Positions 59,499 through 64,000 of a DNA stretch of 64,000 nt are shown here, piece by piece. A model generated the notes under the pieces. That model ran no database searches. It was not told the origin of the DNA and worked only from the letters and a program-made list of their open reading frames with translations. The stretch covers positions 8,353 to 72,352 of the forward strand of contig CAZQQX010000005.1 of NCBI GenBank assembly GCA_964595565.1. Direction: 5' to 3'. Each line of letters begins with the position of its first letter. Position 1 is the stretch's first letter. This stretch comes from an uncultured Actinomycetota bacterium (GTDB lineage: Bacteria; Actinomycetota; Humimicrobiia; Humimicrobiales; Humimicrobiaceae). Made by a program: the position numbers and the translations under genes.

Positions 59499-60209
59499 AT
59501 GATATACAGGGATAAATACAAGCAAGAGATAGGAGAACTTCTTAGTGTATGTAAATGTCTGAGTAATAATATGTATGTTGCAAGTCAGGGTGGGAACGTA
59601 TCTTCAAAGCTTGAGGACGACCTTATTGTTATAACACCTACACTGATTTATAAAGCTGATATAACTCCAAATGACGTTGTATTTATTGATCTTAAAGGAA
59701 AAAAATTAGAGGGGAGAAGGCAGCCTTCAAGTGAGGCTCCGGTTCATTTGAGTTTGTATAATAATAGACCGGATATTAACTCTGTTATTCACTGCCACCC
59801 TCCTTATATAAATGTTTTTGCGATATTAAAAAGTAAAAATTATCTTATGAGACCAATATTTCCAGAAACATGTCTGGAGGTTGGGCCGGTGCCATTGATA
59901 CCTTATGGTAAATCTATAGTTCAAATGCGTAATGATAAAAATGAATTATTTGTTAAGAAGTATAATACTTTCTTGATGGAAAACCATGGGCCATTTTTTA
60001 TAAGTCCCGAAAATGTTATAAGGACAATGCAGATTGTAGAAATCCTTGAATTATCTTCAATGACCATATCGAATGCACTTTCTATAGGAGAGATAAAGGA
60101 GCTCTTGAGAGAGGAAATTTTAGATATGGATAAAGCTTTAAAAACAAGAAATCTAAATATGATAGGTGCACCTGGAATAAACAAGTCTTTTATTGATCTT
60201 TATTTTTGA
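59499..60209 (+). CDS. class II aldolase/adducin-family protein (fuculose-phosphate aldolase-like)
   Basis: Zn-binding H.H (HCHPPY) and ENHG motifs; 236 aa. Confidence 0.65.
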   Translation: MIYRDKYKQEIGELLSVCKCLSNNMYVASQGGNVSSKLEDDLIVITPTLIYKADITPNDVVFIDLKGKKLEGRRQPSSEAPVHLSLYNNRPDINSVIHCHPPYINVFAILKSKNYLMRPIFPETCLEVGPVPLIPYGKSIVQMRNDKNELFVKKYNTFLMENHGPFFISPENVIRTMQIVEILELSSMTISNALSIGEIKELLREEILDMDKALKTRNLNMIGAPGINKSFIDLYF

Positions 60210-60282
60210 TTTAAATAATCAAGACTATAAGGATTTTATAATGATTTATATTTTATAAAGTTAATAGAGGTTATTATAAAGG

Positions 60283-61830
60283 ATGAAAAAGGAAAATTTA
60301 CTCGGGATTGATATTGGCTCAACCAATACAAAAGTAATGATATGCAATAAGAACTGTGAAATTATTGCTAATGAGTCGGAAGAAAGTGGTGTCTATTCAA
60401 GCAGGCCGGATTGGGCAGAGTGCGATCCTAATGAATGGTGGGATAGAGTAAAAAGATTAATCAAAGTATGCATAGATAAGGCTCAAATTACTTCCTCAAG
60501 CATTGCTGGAATTGGGATTAGCAGCCTTGGTGCAACAACGGTTGCAGTAAACGAGTACGGGGAGCCTGTTTACAACGCAATTATGTGGGCGGATAGAAGA
60601 GCAAAAAAGGAAGTAGAAAACCTTAAACAGTACGAAAATAAAGTTCTGAAAATTTCGGGCAATATCCCCAGTTTAATCAATAGTGCATCTCATATCATAT
60701 GGATGAAGAAGAATAATTTGGATTTATACAATAGAATGTATAAATTTATGGAACCCTCCGGGTTTATCGGGTGTAAACTAACCGGAAGATTTACTATGGA
60801 TTGGACTCTTGCATCCGGTATTTGCATGGGTTTTGATTATAAGAAATTAGTTTTTAGCGAGGAACTTATAAAGCTGCTAGGTCTGGATATTGAGAAATAT
60901 CCAGATTTACACCGGAATACCGATAGCATTGGCGAAGTAACAAAAAAAGGTGCAGAGGAGACTGGACTGGAAGAAGGGACTCCTGTATTCGTCGGTGGTC
61001 ATGATGTTGTTGCTGCAGCGATAGGAGCGGGAGCTATTTACCCGGGTCAGGGGTATTTCTCTGTTGGAAGTGCAGCAAATTTATTAATAATGACCGATAA
61101 GGATATCGTAACTCCTCGTATGTTATCAATAATTCATATAATTGGTCCCGGGGTTAGGGTTCTGGATGGGGTACAGGGTTCGGTTGGTTTTTCTCTCAGA
61201 TGGTTCAGGGATAATTTAGGAAATTTAGAAAAAAGTTTTTCGGAAATGCTGGGAAGCTTTAGTTGCTATGAAGTACTGACTGCAGAAGCAGAGAAAGCCA
61301 GACCAGGTGCTGGAGGGATAATATATCTACCTTTTATATTTGGAAAGTATCATCCGGATTTTATGAAAGACACCTCAAGTGTTTTTTTTGGTATTAACTA
61401 TAATTCCACAAAGGGTCAGATTGTTCGTTCGATAATGGAAGGTACGATATATAATATGTATGAAAATTTAAATACCGCTCTAAATCTTGGTGTAGAAATA
61501 AAAGAAATAATAACAAACGGGGGGCCAACAAGATGTGACTTATGGTGCCAGATTATATCAGATATTACGAATAGGAAAGTTTTAACCTTAAAATCACCCG
61601 AGGGTTCTCTTTTTGGAAATGTAATACTGGCTGGAGTTGGCTCCGGGATGTTTGAAAGTTTTGATTATGCTGTTGAAAGGTTTGTAAAAAGAGGAAAAGT
61701 TTTTGAACCTGACGAGAATAATCATAAAATTTATGAGAAATTGTTTAAAATTTACAAAGATGTCTCAAAGGCTTTAGCCCCTTCATTTATAAACCTTGAA
61801 AAGTTGAGAAATAGATTTAATTTGATTTAA
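60283..61830 (+). CDS. FGGY-family carbohydrate kinase (LsrK/xylulokinase-like)
   Basis: N-terminal LLGIDIGSTNTKV and the FGGY C-terminal domain; 515 aa. Confidence 0.7.
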   Translation: MKKENLLGIDIGSTNTKVMICNKNCEIIANESEESGVYSSRPDWAECDPNEWWDRVKRLIKVCIDKAQITSSSIAGIGISSLGATTVAVNEYGEPVYNAIMWADRRAKKEVENLKQYENKVLKISGNIPSLINSASHIIWMKKNNLDLYNRMYKFMEPSGFIGCKLTGRFTMDWTLASGICMGFDYKKLVFSEELIKLLGLDIEKYPDLHRNTDSIGEVTKKGAEETGLEEGTPVFVGGHDVVAAAIGAGAIYPGQGYFSVGSAANLLIMTDKDIVTPRMLSIIHIIGPGVRVLDGVQGSVGFSLRWFRDNLGNLEKSFSEMLGSFSCYEVLTAEAEKARPGAGGIIYLPFIFGKYHPDFMKDTSSVFFGINYNSTKGQIVRSIMEGTIYNMYENLNTALNLGVEIKEIITNGGPTRCDLWCQIISDITNRKVLTLKSPEGSLFGNVILAGVGSGMFESFDYAVERFVKRGKVFEPDENNHKIYEKLFKIYKDVSKALAPSFINLEKLRNRFNLI

Positions 61831-61868
61831 TTTTTTTAAAAATCTTAGTTCTGGGAGGATAATTAAAA

Positions 61869-62909
61869 ATGAATTTTTTGGTGGTTTCTGATCTTTATGT
61901 TAAAAGAGAAATTATAGATAAAGAGATCAATAGCATTTTTGGTAACAAATATGAAATGGATTTTGATTATATCACTTATGAGTGGGCTACAAATCCTTTT
62001 CAAAATGATGATGAGATAAAAGAATATTATGGCTCCGCTGAAGAGATAATAAAGCATATTAAGGATGTTGAAGTTTTGCTGGTGCATTGTGCTCCTGTCA
62101 ACAAAAAGATACTGGCTAACGCAAAAAACCTTAAAGCTATAGGTGTATTTAGAGGTGGGCCATTAAATGTAAATGTTAATGCTGCAACAGAAAGAGGCAT
62201 CCCTGTGTTTAATGCTCCTGGAAGAAACTCAGATTCAGTAGTTGAGTTTGAAATTGGTTTAATTATAACTGTACTCAGAAAAATAATTGATATAAGTAAT
62301 GATATGAAAAAAGGAACATGGAGATATGATGTTTACAGATACGAAAATTGTGGTTCTGCTATCTCAGGTAAGGTTGTAGGAATTGTAGGTCTGGGGAATA
62401 TTGGTAAAAAGATGAGCCTTATGCTGTCAAATTTTGGAGCAGATATATATGCTTATGACCCATATGTGGACGAAAATACTATGTTAGAATACAAAGCTAA
62501 AAAAATTGATAAGTTGGAGGAGCTTTTGAAGTTATCTGATATAGTTACTATAAAATCACGTCTAACTCCCGAATCAAGGAACATAGCTGATTTGAATTTT
62601 TTTAAGAATATGAAGAAAGATGCAATTTTTATTAATACTGCACGTGGTGGTCTGGTAAATTATAATGATTTATATTACGCTTTAAAAAATAATTTAATTA
62701 ACTATGCAGCAATTGATGTTTATGATGTCGAGCCAATTCCGGGAGATAGTCCTCTTCTACGACTGGATAATGTGATTCTTACTCCTCATATTGCTGGAGT
62801 TGACAGGGAGTCTGCACGTAATGGTGTTAGAATGGTGGTTGGTGATATAAAGAACTTTTTAGAAGGAAAAGTAACAAATAATTGTATAAACAGTGAAGTA
62901 CTGCGTTGA
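61869..62909 (+). CDS. D-isomer-specific 2-hydroxyacid dehydrogenase (NAD-binding)
   Basis: GIVGLGNIGKKM Rossmann motif and a catalytic R/E/H region (TPHIAG). Confidence 0.7.
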   Translation: MNFLVVSDLYVKREIIDKEINSIFGNKYEMDFDYITYEWATNPFQNDDEIKEYYGSAEEIIKHIKDVEVLLVHCAPVNKKILANAKNLKAIGVFRGGPLNVNVNAATERGIPVFNAPGRNSDSVVEFEIGLIITVLRKIIDISNDMKKGTWRYDVYRYENCGSAISGKVVGIVGLGNIGKKMSLMLSNFGADIYAYDPYVDENTMLEYKAKKIDKLEELLKLSDIVTIKSRLTPESRNIADLNFFKNMKKDAIFINTARGGLVNYNDLYYALKNNLINYAAIDVYDVEPIPGDSPLLRLDNVILTPHIAGVDRESARNGVRMVVGDIKNFLEGKVTNNCINSEVLR

Positions 62910-63466
62910 AAATTTGTAATAGAATACTGATTAATTTTTAGTCACTGGAAAATTTTCCAGGATTGAAACCGGGTTTAATATATTTATGGTTTATTGACAT
63001 TTCCTCGTATTGGTCTAGTGATAGGTCAGATTAAGATATTTTAGGTGTTGTCTTGAAGCTTTGTCTGCTGTGTTCCCCTGGCTCACCATAACTTCCGTTT
63101 TACTCAGGGAATTTATGTTCTGTTCTGGTGTGTAGTGTTTTCCTGGCATATTCCTTTCCTCTTTTCCAATTTTATCGGTCAAATAATAACTTTTAAATTG
63201 TACCAGTTTTTTTGGGGGAAGGTTATATATAATAGATTATATATAACCTATTATGATAATTTTAACAAATTTTTATGAAAAATTATGGTTATATTTATAA
63301 TTTATTATAAATTTTTTAATATATATAAATTCCCGCCATTCTTAGTTTTCCCTATTTAATAATTTTTAAAATAACGGAGTAATAATACTAAATTATTTAA
63401 ATATAATTGTGTTGGCAACTTTTTAAAAGTGAACACTTTACGATTTAAAAGTGAACTATTTTTAGG

Positions 63467-64000
63467 TCACTGTTTTTTTTGTGCATCTTTTATGTCATTT
63501 ATTCCCTCTCTGGCACAGGTTCTAACCAATCTATCCTGAATCCAGCCGTAAGGTCTCTCAATTTTTCCCTTAGCTTGAGGAGACAGTGCATATTCTATGT
63601 TTACATTAAGCTCAGATAAAACCTGTTTCCACTGAGGATCTACATCATCAGTTAAGCTGTAGTGTTTTCTCCAGAAGCTGTCCCTTCCCTGAACAAAGCG
63701 AAATATGGAGTGGCTATCTACGTAGTATGCAGCAGGGATGCCGTATTTTAAAATCACATTCTCAAGAGCTGCAATGTGAGTCCATGAAGTCTCTTTCTCA
63801 ACCAGGTTTGCATAAAGGATATAGCGGCTGTAGTCATCAAGTGAGGTAATTAGATACCACTTGTCAGCATACGGGCTGAATCTGTGATGACTTGAATCAT
63901 GTTGTACAAGCTCTCCTGCGTAATTGGTCAGTACCTCTCTGTCATGGGCTTTCTTTTGTCTTTTCTTCAAATAATATCCAGAAGCCTTTGCACGTGATAT
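63467..64000 (-). mobile_element. DDE (rve) transposase, IS481-like, 3'-portion only; the N-terminus lies beyond the window end
   Basis: Catalytic-core pattern QHDSSH...YYVDSHSIF...QAKGKIERPYGW; the ORF runs off the window edge. Confidence 0.6.

Noticed and set aside
1-64000. CRISPR arrays, rRNA and tRNA genes
   Set aside because: By eye I found no regularly spaced direct repeats with unique spacers, no rRNA-like conserved blocks, and no cloverleaf-capable GC-rich islands. This is not a formal scan.

Overview
AT-rich chromosomal segment from an anaerobic bacterium. TGA and TAA are both used as genuine stops, and strong AGGAGG-type RBSs are frequent. No rRNA, tRNA or CRISPR array was seen by eye. 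Content in order: two ABC-2 permeases (5' end cut by the window); flavodoxin; a TolB-like beta-propeller lipoprotein; an orphan ParA ATPase; DegV; a SIMPL protein; the ZupT zinc importer; a PAS-GGDEF-HD-GYP c-di-GMP protein (degenerate GEDEF); a lipid-related block (TetR, SDR epimerase, and a tri-domain acyl-AMP ligase / ACP / PlsC-type acyltransferase fusion); an oxidative-stress pair (desulfoferrodoxin plus flavodiiron protein); an envelope glycan block (DUF4214-LCP protein, two paralogous GT4 glycosyltransferases, a hypothetical, a GH130 phosphorylase, a cupin); a membrane-anchored EEP phosphoesterase translationally coupled to a secreted repeat protein; a SAF-domain dehydrogenase; and ApbE followed by a complete rnfCDGEAB operon. 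Next comes a DNA-repair and stress island: SbcF/SbcE-like (YhaO/YhaN) pair with a membrane hairpin; a HigB/HigA toxin-antitoxin in which the toxin carries an in-frame TGA at the conserved Trp3 codon; PolX-Nth; Pcm; and a second divergent PolX paralog. These are followed by a radical SAM enzyme, a second PAS-GGDEF-HD-GYP paralog (canonical GGDEF), a GH30 lipoprotein, an HExxH mini membrane protein, glycerate kinase and a GAF-GAF-GGDEF cyclase. After an ~860 bp AT-rich divergent intergenic region there is an lsr-like phospho-sugar processing cluster: DeoR regulator, SDR, C_GCAxxG_C_C protein, an LsrF-like thiolase/aldolase, class II aldolase, FGGY kinase and 2-hydroxyacid dehydrogenase, with no transporter. 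The window ends in a partial IS481-like transposase. The candidates I consider most novel are the TGA-interrupted HigB, the two-PolX repair island, the tri-domain Aas-like fusion, the GT4/GH130 block and the transporter-less lsr-like operon.
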